Origin: Macrostomum lignano
Taxonomy: Eukaryota
Assembly (NCBI GenBank): GCA_002269645.1
Contig: NIVC01002983.1
Location: 6,687 to 70,686, forward strand
Direction of reading: 5' to 3'
DNA length: 64,000 nt
Shown here piece after piece: positions 52,108 to 64,000 of the stretch. How positions within the stretch are numbered: the first letter of the stretch is position 1; the number at the start of each line of letters is the position of its first letter. The notes under the pieces are model-generated. The model had not been told where the DNA came from, made no database searches, and saw only the letters and a program-made list of their open reading frames with translations. The position numbers were made by a program, and so were the translations under genes.

Positions 52108-52564
52108 CTAGCACTAAAAATCCCCATTGGGGGCTACTCGACTAGAATTATTTTCCTCATACAGAAGAGACCCAACCTCTGTCTTGCATCCAATGTAGTT
52201 AAAAAATTATACAGTAGACCTGTACTAAACCGAGTCACGACAACACGACAACTTGACTCATACTCATACTATTATATCATTCTGTTGCACATTTTGTTAC
52301 ACAGTCATTAAGATCAGAATATGATAGTGATAATAATAATAAAAAAGGCAAGTCATATCAAAAGATGAACACTGGATCTGCCTCCTTATCAAAAGCAATA
52401 ACAATTTATGTGCTGAAAAAATGAAAAACCTCCTATCTCCGTAATGTCTTTTTTTGGTAAAATCTGCCTCCTAAAGTTTTCCAACAAACGTAGTTTCTCG
52501 TCCTACTAAAATGGCCCTTATCTTTAAACCCAAGCAGGTTTATTTATACGCAGATAAGAAAGGG

Positions 52565-52860
52565 AGAGGTGGATTGCGCGACTGGGGAAAGAGCTAAAAT
52601 TGAAGAGCCAATCAGAAGCCAGCGAGAGGGGGAGAGAGATGAGAAACTACAGTCAGTCAGAAAACCAGATTGGAGGTTGGACTAGGCAAGGGGTCGGCAG
52701 GCAAACTTTTTTACATCAAGGGCCAGATAGAGAATATTGACTGCCTGTCGGAATAGAAAAGAGGTAGGAAAGAAGAGGCAGGGGAGAGAGAGGAGAAAGA
52801 GAAGACAGCAGAGAAGAGACACAAACCTTGAACGGGCCGCATAGAAAGGCTTTGTTGAAC
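52565..52860 (+). mobile_element. hAT/Charlie-like MITE remnant
   Basis: 52687-52738 (AGGGGTCGGC..AAACTTTTTT...AAGGGCCAGATAG..AATATT) resembles hAT-Charlie termini, with GGGCCGCAT nearby. 52568-52645 is homologous to the reverse complement of ~21040-21130. Confidence 0.45.
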
Positions 52861-53056
52861 AATCTGCCATGATTTCACACTTGTGGCCATTAATTCTCAC
52901 TGATTTCACGCAAAGATTAGGAGCGGTGGATAGTCACGTGATGAGATTGTACATGTAGTAAATGTACATTTATATGCTTCCACAGAGCAACTGTGGAAGC
53001 ATATGTATAAACAATAGTCTATCAATATCAAAGCACATGAATTTTATTATTCACAG

Positions 53057-53893
53057 GAACTGGAATTGAGGGCCGGGCCCAAATGGGTAACCGATATGGT
53101 CAGCGTGAACGGCGCTGCCGGAGTCGATGCGGCCGCTTCAACTGCGGCAACAACAACAGCAGCAGCGCCAAAGCCAGCGTCCCCGGTTGTTGCATTGAGG
53201 CGAGACAGCGAGGCATCTGACGACACGTGTCATCAGTCTCAGGTGTCGGACGTGCTGTCGTCTGGGCCTATTGATGAAGAGCGCAATAATAAACAGCAAC
53301 TGTTAGACGAGCAGCAACGTTCAGCATCCTTGGATACGGCCTGCCTACTGCAGGACACGGCCACTGTTCTTCATCACATGGAGGCCCGCCTAGCAACCAG
53401 AGCCGGGGGACCAGAGCCAGAAAACGACATCAGCAATGCCGCACTGTCGGATCAGGCAGCTTTGCCAACATCGCACAGTCTCCGTTCTCGTCTGTCCGCT
53501 TTGCGGGTGGCAAAGTCTCAGCAGCAGCAGCAGAAATCCACTGCTAGCAGTCGCCAGGCTTTCGAATACGGCCGGCACTCGTTGAAGATGCCAGCCTCCA
53601 GTACGCATCCGCCTCCGGTGTCGAGGAATGCGGTCACCGCTGCCGCCGCCACGGCGACCTCCGCCACGATTTCAACGCCGCACAGAATTCTGTCGGCGGG
53701 CTCGCCGTCCGCCTGGCGCGGCGGTCGTCGGCCGGAAAGTCTGCACGAAGCTCTGGCGACGTCGGCGGCGGCCGCGGGACGTCCGAGTTTGCGCGGCTCT
53801 GCGGAGGACGTTCGAGCCAGTCGGGATGCTCGCCACCGGGGCGGCGGCGGCACGGATCTCAGTCGGGATTTGGAGCGGCTGGCTAGGAGAGAG
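53057..53893 (+). CDS. CEP170: CEP170-like exon 6
   Basis: ttcacag|ELELRAGPKWVTDM...TDLSRDLERLARRE|GT resembles the CEP170 PKWV and SQDLALIARE segments. Confidence 0.8.
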
Positions 53894-54044
53894 GTTGGCG
53901 CTCTTGTTATACCCCGAGGCTGCTAATTAGTAGTATGTAGTGTATGTTGATGTATTGATACTACAGATTATTACATATGGCTTTTGTTATCATTTTTACA
54001 CCTGCCCTAATGGGCAGATGTGCAACCGACAGCTCAATGACAGC

Positions 54045-55862
54045 TCAATCAATCATGATTCAATCACACACCGCCATCAACCACTCATCAATCACACACT
54101 TAGCCATCAATCACTCATCAATCACACACTTAGCCAACAATCACTCATCAATCACACACTTAGCCATCAATCATGATTCAATCACACACTGAGCCATCAA
54201 TCACTCATCAATCACACACTTAGCCATCAATCATGATTCAATCACACACTGAGCCATCAATCACTCATCAATCACACACTGAGCCATCAATCACACACTT
54301 AGCCATCAATCATGATTCAATCACACACTGAGCCATCAATCACTCATCAATCACACACTTAGCCATCAACCACTCATCAATCACACACTTAGCCATCAAT
54401 CACTCATCAATCACACACTTAGCCATCAATCATGATTCAATCACACACTGAGCCATCAATCACTCATCAATCACACACTGAGCCATCAATCACTCATCAA
54501 TCACACACTTAGCCATCAATCATGATTCAATCACACACTGAGCCATCAATCACTCATCAATCACACACTTAGCCATCAATCACTCATCAATCACACACTG
54601 AGCCATCAATCACTCATCAATCACACACTTAGCCATCAATCATGATTCAATCACACACTTAGCCATCAATCACTCATCAATCACAAACTGAGCCATCAAT
54701 CACTCATCAATCACACACTTAGCCATCAATCATGATTCAATCACACACTGAGCCATCAATCACTCATCAATCACACACTTAGCCATCAATCATAATTCAA
54801 TCACACACTGAGCCATCAATCACACACTGAGCCATCAATCACACACTGAGCCATCAATCACACACTGAGCCATCAATCACTCATCAATCACACACTTAGC
54901 CATCAATCACACACTGAGCCATCAATCACACACTTAGCCATCAACCACTCATCAATCACACACTTAGCCATCAATCACTCATCAATCACACACTTAGCCA
55001 TCAATCATGATTCAATCACACACTGAGCCATCAATCACTCATCAATCACACACTGAGCCATCAATCACTCATCAATCACACACTTAGCCATCAATCACAC
55101 ACTGAGCCATCAATCACTCATCAATCACACACTTAGCCATCAATCATGATTCAATCACACACTGAGCCATCAATCACTCATCAATCACACACTTAGCCAT
55201 CAATCACTCATCAATCACACACTGAGCCATCAATCACTCATCAATCACACACTTAGCCATCAATCATGATTCAATCACACACTTAGCCATCAATCACACA
55301 CTTAGCCATCAATCACACACTGAGCCATCAATCACTCATCAATCACACACTTAGCCATCAATCACACACTGAGCCATCAATCACACACTTAGCCATCAAC
55401 CACTCATCAATCACACACTTAGCCATCAATCACTCATCAATCACACACTTAGCCATCAATCATGATTCAATCACACACTGAGCCATCAATCACTCATCAA
55501 TCACACACTTAGCCATCAATCACACACTGAGTCATCAATCACTCATCAATCACACACTTAGCCAACAATCACTCATCAATCACACACTTAGCCATCAATC
55601 ACACACTGAGTCACCAATCACTCATCAATCACACACTGAGTCATCAATCACTCATCAATCACACACTTAGCCAACAATCACTCATCAATCACACACTTGG
55701 CCATCAATCACACACTGAGTCATCAATCACTCATCAATCACACACTTAGCCAACAATCACTCATCAATCACACACTTAGCCATCAATCACACACTGAGCC
55801 ATCAATCACACACTTAGATGTAATAATCTGTAGTATCATCAATCATAATTCAATCACACACT
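54045..55862 (+). repeat. Composite 19/11-bp satellite (ATCAATCACACACTkAGCC / ATCAATCACTC), forward arm
   Basis: Direct, CEP170 intron 6. Confidence 0.95.
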
Positions 55863-55883
55863 GTTGAAGTTAATCAATCAGTA

Positions 55884-56612
55884 TGTGATTGAATCATGAT
55901 TGATGGCTAAGTGTGTGATTGATGAGTGATTGATGGCTCAGTGTGTGATTGATGGCTAAGTGTGTGATTGATGAGTGATTGATGGCTCAGTGTGTGATTG
56001 ATGGCTAAGTGTGTGATTGATGAGTGGTTGATGGCTAAGTGTGTGATTGATGGCTCAGTGTGTGATTGATGGCTAAGTGTGTGATTGATGAGTGATTGAT
56101 GGCTCAGTGTGTGATTGATGGCTAAGTGTGTGATTGATGAGTGATTGATGGCTCAGTGTGTGATTGATGGCTAAGTGTGTGATTGATGAGTGATTGATGG
56201 CTAAGTGTGTGATTGATGAGTGATTGATGGCTCAGTGTGTGATTGAATCATGATTGATGGCTAAGTGTGTGATTGATGAGTGATTGATGGCTCAGTGTGT
56301 GATTGATGGCTAAGTGTGTGATTGATGAGTGATTGATGGCTCAGTGTGTGATTGATGAGTGATTGATGGCTCAGTGTGTGATTGATGAGTGATTGATGGC
56401 TCAGTGTGTGATTGAATCATGATTGATGGCTAAGTGTGTGATTGATGAGTGATTGATGGCTAAGTGTGTGATTGATGAGTGGTTGATGGCTAAGTGTGTG
56501 ATTGATGGCTCAGTGTGTGATTGATGGCTAAGTGTGTGATTGATGAGTGATTGATGGCTCAGTGTGTGATTGATGGCTAAGTGTGTGATTGATGACTAAT
56601 TGATGGCTCAGT
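55884..56612 (-). repeat. Same satellite in inverted orientation
   Basis: GATGGCTmAGTGTGTGATTGATGAGTGATT is the reverse complement of the forward-arm unit. Confidence 0.95.
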
Positions 56613-56702
56613 GATTGGTTACTTTTCCTGTCTCAGAGGCTGAAGTGCGAGCTAACCATTCGTCATCCGCATCCAAGCCGGTCCCCATTCCTCTCCAAAC
56701 AG

Positions 56703-57171
56703 GATCTGAGTGGATTAGGCGCTGCCGCCGGTCGCCAATCGTCTGCTTTCTCGCCGACCACCTCCAACAACAACAGCAGCAGGGCGCCATCCTCCTCCGT
56801 GGTTGTGGTCGGAGGTGGCGGCGACGGCGGCACCTGCGACTGCGCTTGCCACCATGAAGCGGGCAGGCAGCAGCAGCTCAGGCGCGAGGTGGCGGCCTAC
56901 GACTCTGTGCTGCTGTCCAGCCTGGTCAGAATGAGCTGCAAACTGCGTCGCTGCTCTGACGGCCTTCTTGGCCGGCTCCGGAGCAGCCGGCATTTGAGTC
57001 GGACTCCGAGTCCGGCTGAGGACGTCCTGTTGAACAGCCCCGATGCTGCCGGAGCATCCTTAGCGGCTGCCGCGGCTCCGGGGGCGTCGGCTGAAGGACG
57101 GAGCAGCGACTTGCAGGACAATCTGCAGTCGTGTCTGTACAATTTGCAGGCTGTGCAGTATCATATTCAGA
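56703..57171 (+). CDS. CEP170: CEP170-like exon 7 (C-terminal domain); alternative in-frame acceptor at 56637
   Basis: YDSVLLSSLVRMSCKLRRCSDGLLGRLR and NLQSCLYNLQAVQYHIQ resemble the CEP170 C-terminal helices. Donor A|GTGAGC at 57172. Confidence 0.8.
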
Positions 57172-57289
57172 GTGAGCGGCAGAAGAGTTAGCCAATGAAA
57201 ATTGCTTTCTAGATGAGAATCGCCCAGAAACAGAAGTTACTGTACACTAAAATATTGCACCTAATAAATAGTTGCACTAATTAATAATC

Positions 57290-58530
57290 AGCCTTAAAAG
57301 TATCGCCCAATTTAATGATTACCCTAATCGAAAAATCGCCCTAATTTATGATTAACCTAATCAAAAATTGCCCAATTTAATGATTACCCTAATTATAAAT
57401 CACCTAATTAAAAATCACCCTAATTAAAAATCACCCTAATTAAAAAATCGCCCTAATAAAAAAATCGCCAATTTATTGATTACCCTAATCAAAAATCGCC
57501 CTAATCAAAAATCGCCCTAATCAAAAATCGCCCTAATCAAAAATCGCCCTAATCAAAAATCGCCCTAATCAAAAATCGCCCTAATCAAAAATCGCCCTAA
57601 TTTAAGAATCGCCCAATTTAATGATTACCCCAATCAAAAATCACACTAATAAAAAATCGGCCTAATTAAAAATTGCCCTAATTTAAAAATCGCCTAATTT
57701 AATGATTACCCTAATCGAAAAATCGCCCTAAATTATGATTACCCTAATAAAACATCGCCCAATTTAATGATTACTCTAATTAAAAATCACACTAATAAAA
57801 AATCACCCTAATTAAAAAATCGGCCTAATTAAAAATTGCCCTAATTTAAAAATCGCCTAATTTAATGATTACCCTAATCAAAAATTGCCCTAATTTAAGA
57901 ATCGCCCAATTTAATGATTACCCCAATCAAAAATCACACTAATAAAAAATCGGCCTAATTAAAAATTGCCCTAATTTAAAAATCGCCTAATTTAATGATT
58001 ACCCTAATCGAAAAATCGCCCTAAATTATGATTACCATAATAAAACATCGCCCAATTTAATGATTACTCTAATTAAAAATCACACTAATAAAAAATCGGC
58101 CTAATTAAAAATTGCCCTAATTTAAAAATCGCCTAATTTAATGATTACCCTAATCAAAAATCGCCCTAATTTTAGAATCGCCCAATTTAATGATTACCCT
58201 AATCAAAAATCGCCCTAATTAATGATTAACCTAATAAAAAATCGCCCAATTTAATGATTACTCTAATTAAGAATCACCGTAATTAAAAATTGTCCTAATT
58301 AATGATTTTCCTAATTAGAAATCGCCCCTAATAAAAAATGTCCTAATTAAAAATCACCCCAATTGAAAATTGTCCTAATTTTAGAATCGCCCCAATTAAA
58401 AAATCGCCCTAATTTAAAATTGCCCGATTAAAAAATCACCCCGATCAAAAAATCGCCCCAATAAAAAATCGCCCCGATTAAAAAATCGCCCCAGTTAAAA
58501 AACGCCCTCATGAAAAATCGCCCTAATTAA
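57290..58530. repeat. A-rich degenerate repeat (AAAAATCGCCCTAAT / TTAATGATTACCCTAAT)n, CEP170 intron 7
   Basis: Direct. Many units contain CCCTAA. Confidence 0.9.
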
Positions 58531-58595
58531 AATCTGGCATAAATGGCCCAAGAGAATCCCTAAACAAAAGGCCCAAACAAAACTGATTCCCGCAG

Positions 58596-58774
58596 TAATC
58601 GAGCGGGCGATCTTTCCGCAAGCTCAGAGCGGCCGCAACTCGGCCCTCGGCAGCTGCTCCGAAGGCGATTACCTGGTCGAGCGTGAACGAATTAATAGCG
58701 AAGTTCGCGGCTTCCAACCGATTGAGCCGGCGTTCCCGTCTACTCAGCTGAAGTTCTACACAGACTATAAGTAG
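58596..58774 (+). CDS. CEP170: CEP170-like last exon
   Basis: cccgcag|(I)IERAIFPQAQSG...LKFYTDYK*. Completes the VQxxxxxIxxxIxP pattern. Total CDS 3492 nt, divisible by 3. Confidence 0.78.
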
Positions 58775-59329
58775 GCATTTTTTAACAAATAATTATTTTA
58801 CAATATTTTCGTTGCATAGATTACACTATTATACTACTTATTATAATATTCATAAAAGTAGTAGCTTGTGCCTTTGCTAAGGAATTTTCTAAATCAGCTT
58901 ATGCCTGTAATTAGTTGTCAAGGATTGGTCGAGCACACAGTTATTAACATATATTGGTATTTTTAATTGTCTTTCATTTAAATATAAAATATGCTTCAAT
59001 CGTTACTAATAGCATTATCCCTGTCTATGCGTCTCTTTTGTTTTTTGTTCATAATTTCTGCTTTAACTGAATTCAATCATGTTTAAAATGTTTAATACTT
59101 TGTACAGCAGAAAGGAAAGTATTGTTTCTTTGTATATTTATTGTGTCAATATTACTAAAAAGTGATAACTTATTTCACTGAGTCTATATTGCTAAGCAAT
59201 ATATTTTTGACAGGAATTCCGAGTATTAATTCATCCTTATATCCTTATCCTTATTTAACAATTACACTCAGCCCAGTTCTGATGTTAATAAATAAGTTAA
59301 TTGGTTCAACGTCAAAGGCCAAATTTTCC

Positions 59330-59730
59330 TACTCAGTGGGGGGTCGTGTTGGCGAAGCGCGCTGATTGGCTGACGCTGCTCCGCCCCTAATTTCCTTACC
59401 CCTCTCTCAGTGGGGTCGTGTTGAAGCGCGCTGATTGACTGACGCTGCCCCGCCCCTAATTTCCTTACCCCTCTCTCAGTGGGGGTCGTGTTGAAGCGCG
59501 CTGATTGACTGACGCTGCCCCGCCCCTAATTTCCTTACCCCTCTCTCAGTGGGGGTCGTGTTGAAGCGCGCTGATTGACTGACGCTGCCCCGCCCCTAAT
59601 TTCCTTACCCCTCTCTCAGTGGGGGTCGTGTTGAAGCGCGCTGATTGACTGACGCTGCCCCGCCCCTGATTTCCTTACCCCTCTCTCAGTGGGGGTAGTG
59701 TTGATAAAGCGCGCTGATTGGCCGAAGCTG
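59330..59730. repeat. 70-bp tandem repeat with promoter-like motifs
   Basis: Period 70 (e.g. 59461 vs 59531), about 5-6 units. Confidence 0.92.
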
Positions 59731-61094
59731 ACCCTTGTCTGATTTCCTACCCTTCAGTTGGAGTCGGGTGATAAAACGGGCTGATTGGCTGACGCTATTC
59801 AAACCTAATTGCCTACAACTTGTCTTCTATAATAACACAATTTTTTGCTCTACTTTTGAAACTTTGTTTCTGGTTGTCACCAAAGTTAATTGCAAACAAA
59901 ATTTATATTTAATGCCAATTAATTATTTCTCTGCTTTGCGAAAGTTTTAAAATTAACCCGACTAAAAACCGCAAACCATAACCTTTTTGTGTATTTGTTT
60001 TGTTTTCAAATTCTCGTATACACAAGCAAAGTTAGACCAAGTCAATGGGGCGCATTTTTGTTATTTTCTTTCTAGTATTTGCCCAGTAATTTAAAAGTAC
60101 ATGATGATTTGCTTTAACGGAGCTTGCTGCTACGTACTTTTAGCTTATTTATATTCTTACTGTACTAGTCTGTATGATTCCGCTTTTGATGCTTTTTATT
60201 CAACTGCCATCTTAATATAGAAAGTCCAGGAAAGTTTCTTGAAATCGTTTTGAAGGCTCAGTTTTTTCCCCTAGAAATTCTCCCACATTAACAAAATACA
60301 ATAGAAAATGCTATTAGTTTATACACTAGTTTTCCTAGCAAAACTTATCGAAAGATTTTTGGGGAATCTTAGGCCCTCAAAAAGGCGTTTCTAAGAAACA
60401 ATGTTTTCTAGTGATTCTTCAACAGAGAATGTATTTCCTTTCTACTCTACTCTTAGTATTGTGTTGCGAACTAATCGTTACTTTTTGTTGGACAACAGAA
60501 TTTCATCTTGTAATTTATTTGAGTCTCGTTTTGGTTTCCGGTGTTGTCGAAAATTCTTAGAAAAGGCTCAGTTGATTGCGCTTTTGAAAGCCTTTGACGG
60601 GCAGACTGCGATATGATGCTATTATAAAATTATTATATGGTCGTGTATAAATAATGATTATCCAGAATTTTGATGCACATGTAAAACTGAATTTATTGCC
60701 ATGATTTTATATTGCGCACTACAACAAAATCTAAAAATAAGTACGTTTTGATTATAAGATTACTATTAGTCTGTGATATTCTGAAAATCGGAATCGCTTA
60801 CTCTATTTAAAAAGGATAGTTGGTATTTTTTATATAAAGCTAGCCGTAGACAGACAGTATAAGTACATTTTTCAAAAGGATTGGACCTGTTCTATTCGTG
60901 CACCTGAGGGTGTGCCAATCAATAAGCCAATGCCTCTGTTGCCTGGCCGCTCTCGAGATTCTTTTGTTGCAACAGCTCCCATTTACATGTAGAAGAGCCG
61001 TTTGTACTTTTGTATTTGACTCTGGTTACCATTGATGGTAAAGCCTGGAGAACAAAATGGGCCTTGCTTGTACTCGTAAGCTTGCTGAACCTGA

Positions 61095-61600
61095 GCGAGA
61101 GGGAAAGAAGTGGAGAGAGGAGGGTAAATGAGAGGGGAAGAAGCGAGGAGAGGAGGGTAAATGAGAGGGGAAGAAGCGAGGAGAGGAGGGTAAATGAGAG
61201 GGGAAGAAGCGAGGAGAGGAGGATAAATGAGAGGGGAAGAAGCGAGGAGAGGAGGGTAAATGAGAGGGGAAGAAGCGAGGAGAGGAGGATAAATGAGAGG
61301 GGAAGAAGCGATGAGAGGAGGGTAAATGAGAAGAAAAGAAGCGAGGAGAGGAGGGTAAATGAGAGGGGAAGAAGCGGAGAGAGAGGAGGGCAATTGAGAG
61401 GGTAGAAACGGTAAATGAGAGGAAGATAGAAAAGGGTAAAATGATCAAATGATCATGATCAATGGGTGTAGGGTAAATGAGAGGGTAGAAACGGGTGGAG
61501 GGTAAATGAGAGGGTAGAAACGGGTGGAGGGTAAATGAGAGGGTAGAAACGGGTGGAGGGTAAATGAGAGGGTAGAAACGGGTGGAGGGTAAATAAGAAG
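61095..61600. repeat. Purine-rich 30-bp and 29-bp tandem repeats
   Basis: (GAGAGGAGGGTAAATGAGAGGGGAAGAAGC)n followed by (GAGAGGGTAGAAACGGGTGGAGGGTAAAT)n. Confidence 0.9.
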
Positions 61601-62311
61601 GTAAAAATAACAGCAATAATTGCAACGAGCAGGTATTACAAAACTATTGTACACCTATGAATGCTGTAGTCTGAGATAAATGAGAGCGGGAAAGTATAAA
61701 AGAGGAAATTATATTGTGCTAGAAGCACTGTACCGCAGGTGCATGTTACAACGGTATCATCCAGGGCCACCTCGGTCGCAAATTCACACAAATATACGCT
61801 TGCCTGTGAAGGCATCGTGAAGTGAACCGTGAAGATGCCGTGGGGCCGTGCTCATGACTGCTCAGCCAATCAACTTCATGGCCTATGCTTCACGCCGCCT
61901 GGTTTCTGGGGGGTCCGGGGGCCTGTGGCAGGCAGGACTAGGGGGTGAAGAGGCGACGCCCCTGTGTAGTTTTAGTTTATCCCACTTTCCTCAGCTTTCC
62001 CACCAGCCTCCCCAAACCCCCATCCCCCTCTCCTAACACTGCTAGGATGATGGGTGGGGATTTTTTCAAGCATAACCAGCTACTCAACTCCCCTTTGCCT
62101 TCTCCCCGTCCCATCTCTGCCTAATCCGCTCTCCTCTTCGTCCACACGTGTGTGTATATATATACATATACATACGCATAATCTGTAGCCTCCTTTGCTT
62201 CCAATCAATTTGCTTCGAGCGCTAAGAAGAGTATAGTATAGGATCAATATAGAATACATAGAGAGAGGAGACAAACTACTTGAATTGTGATTTTTTCTCT
62301 GCTCCCCCAAG

Positions 62312-62468
62312 GCTGCGCACATTCCGGATGCAGTCGGCGCCACCAGTGGACGAGCCGTCGTCGACGCAGAAACCGACAACACCGACACCGCCGGGCGGCA
62401 GATTGCACGGGCGTGCGAGATTTCCCAGGCATTTGTTCAGACGCACCAGAGCCTTGAGCAGATTAAAG
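62312..62468 (+). CDS. Probable exon of an unidentified gene
   Basis: GC-rich island bounded by a pyrimidine tract + AG (62310-62311) and AAG|GTATAT. Two frames are open; product not recognised. Confidence 0.5.
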
Positions 62469-62477
62469 GTATATTTA

Positions 62478-64000
62478 CCTGTTAGACAGTAGTGTCAGTT
62501 GTGTTAGTGTCAGCTGTATGAGACAGTAGTGTCAGCTGTGTTAGTAGTGTCAGCTGTGTTAGACAGTAGTGTCAGTTGTGTTAGACAGTTGTGTCAGTTG
62601 TGTTAGACAGTAGTGTCAGTTGTGTTAGACAGTAGTGTCAGTTGTGTTAGACAGTTGTGTCAGTTGTGTTAGACAGTAGTGTCAGCTGTGTTAGACAGTA
62701 GTGTCAGTTGTGTTAGACAGTTGTGTCAGTTGTGTTAGACAGTAGTGTCAGCTGTGTTAGACAGTAGTGTCAGTTGTGTTAGACAGTAGTGTCAGCTGTT
62801 AAACAGTAGTGTCAGCTGTGTTAGACAGAAGTGTCAGCTGTGTTAGACAGTAGTGTCAGCTGTGTTAGACAGTAGTGTCAGCTGTATGAGACAGTATAGT
62901 GTCAGCTGTGTTCGACAGTAGTGTCAGCTGTATGAGACAGTAGTGTCAGCTGTATGAGACAGAAGTGTCAGCTGTGTTAGACAGTAGTGTCAGCTGTATG
63001 AGACAGTAGTGTCAGCTGTGTTCGACAGTAGTGTCAGCTGTATGAGACAGTAGTGTCAGCTGCATGAGACAGAAGTGTCAGCTGTGTTAGACAGTAGTGT
63101 CAGCTGTGTTCGACAGTAGTGTCAGCTGTATGAGACAGTAGTGTCAGCTGCATGAGACAGAAGTGTCAGCTGTGTTAGACAGTAGTGTCAGCTGTTAGAG
63201 ACAGTAGTGTCAGCTGTGTTAGACAGAAGTGTCAGCTGTGTTAGACAGTAGTGTCAGCTGTGTTAGACAGTAGTGTCAGCTGTGTTAGACAGAAGTGTCA
63301 GCTGTATGAGACAGAAGTGTCAGCTGTGTTAGACAGTAGTGTCAGCTGTATGAGACAGTATAGTGTCAGCTGTGTTCGACAGTAGTGTCAGCTGTGTTAG
63401 ACAAAAGTGTCAGCTGTGTTAGACAGTAGTGTCAGCTGTGTTAGACAGTAGTGTCAGCTGTATGAGACAGTATAGTGTCAGCTGTGTTCGACAGTAGTGT
63501 CAGCTGTATGAGACAGTAGTGTCAGCTGTATGAGACAGAAGTGTCAGCTGTGTTAGACAGTAGTGTCAGCTGTGTTAGACAATAGTGTCAGCTGTATGAG
63601 ACAGAAGTGTCAGCTGTATGAGACTACTGTTAGACAGTAGTGTCAGCTGTGTTAGACAGTAGTGTCAGCTGTGTTAGACAGAAGTGTCAGCTGTATGAGA
63701 CAGAAGTGTCAGCTGTGTTAGACAGTAGTGTCAGCTGTATGAGACAGTATAGTGTCAGCTGTGTTCGACAGTAGTGTCAGCTGTGTTAGACAGAAGTGTC
63801 AGTTGTGTTAGACAGTAGTGTCAGTTGTGTTAGACAGTTGTGTCAGTTGTGTTAGACAGTAGTGTCAGTTGTGTTAGACAAAAGTGTCAGCTGTATGAGA
63901 CAGTAGTGCCAGCTGTGTTAGACAGTAGTGTCAGCTGTTAGACAGTAGTGTCAGCTGTGTTAGACAGTAGTGTCAGCTGTATGAGACAGTAGTGTCAGCT
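62478..64000. repeat. 22-bp minisatellite (GACAGTAGTGTCAGCTGTGTTA)n
   Basis: Starts about 10 nt after the 62469 donor and runs off the window. Confidence 0.96.

Noticed and set aside
60983-61625. ORFs over the purine-rich repeats
   Set aside because: Low-complexity tandem repeat translations without splice or homology support.

Overview
Eukaryotic, intron-rich and tandem-repeat-saturated genomic DNA. The style (Q/A/G/P homopolymer-rich GC-rich exons, a minisatellite in almost every intron) suggests a flatworm such as Macrostomum; this is an inference, not a database match. Three + strand genes can be rebuilt with GT-AG boundaries and consistent phases: (1) a ZNRF1/2-like RING-H2 ubiquitin ligase, 3600-6280, 3 exons, 288 aa; (2) a Cappuccino/FMN-family formin, 12895-29453 or beyond, at least 6 exons, with a DEP-like domain, coiled coil, FH1 and FH2; (3) a CEP170-like protein, 38152-58774, 8 exons, about 1163 aa, with an FHA domain and CEP170 C-terminal-like region. 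One further probable exon lies at 62312-62468. The rest is about 28 distinct micro/minisatellite arrays, an internally deleted Tc1/IS630-type DNA transposon, two decayed RTE-type LINE fragments, Helitron-like termini and a hAT-like remnant. Most long ORFs in the supplied track are repeat read-throughs. The most unusual features are a 45-bp array that amplifies an exon end plus 5' splice site 85 times in frame, other intronic arrays built from splice-signal motifs, and an inverted satellite able to form a long intronic hairpin.
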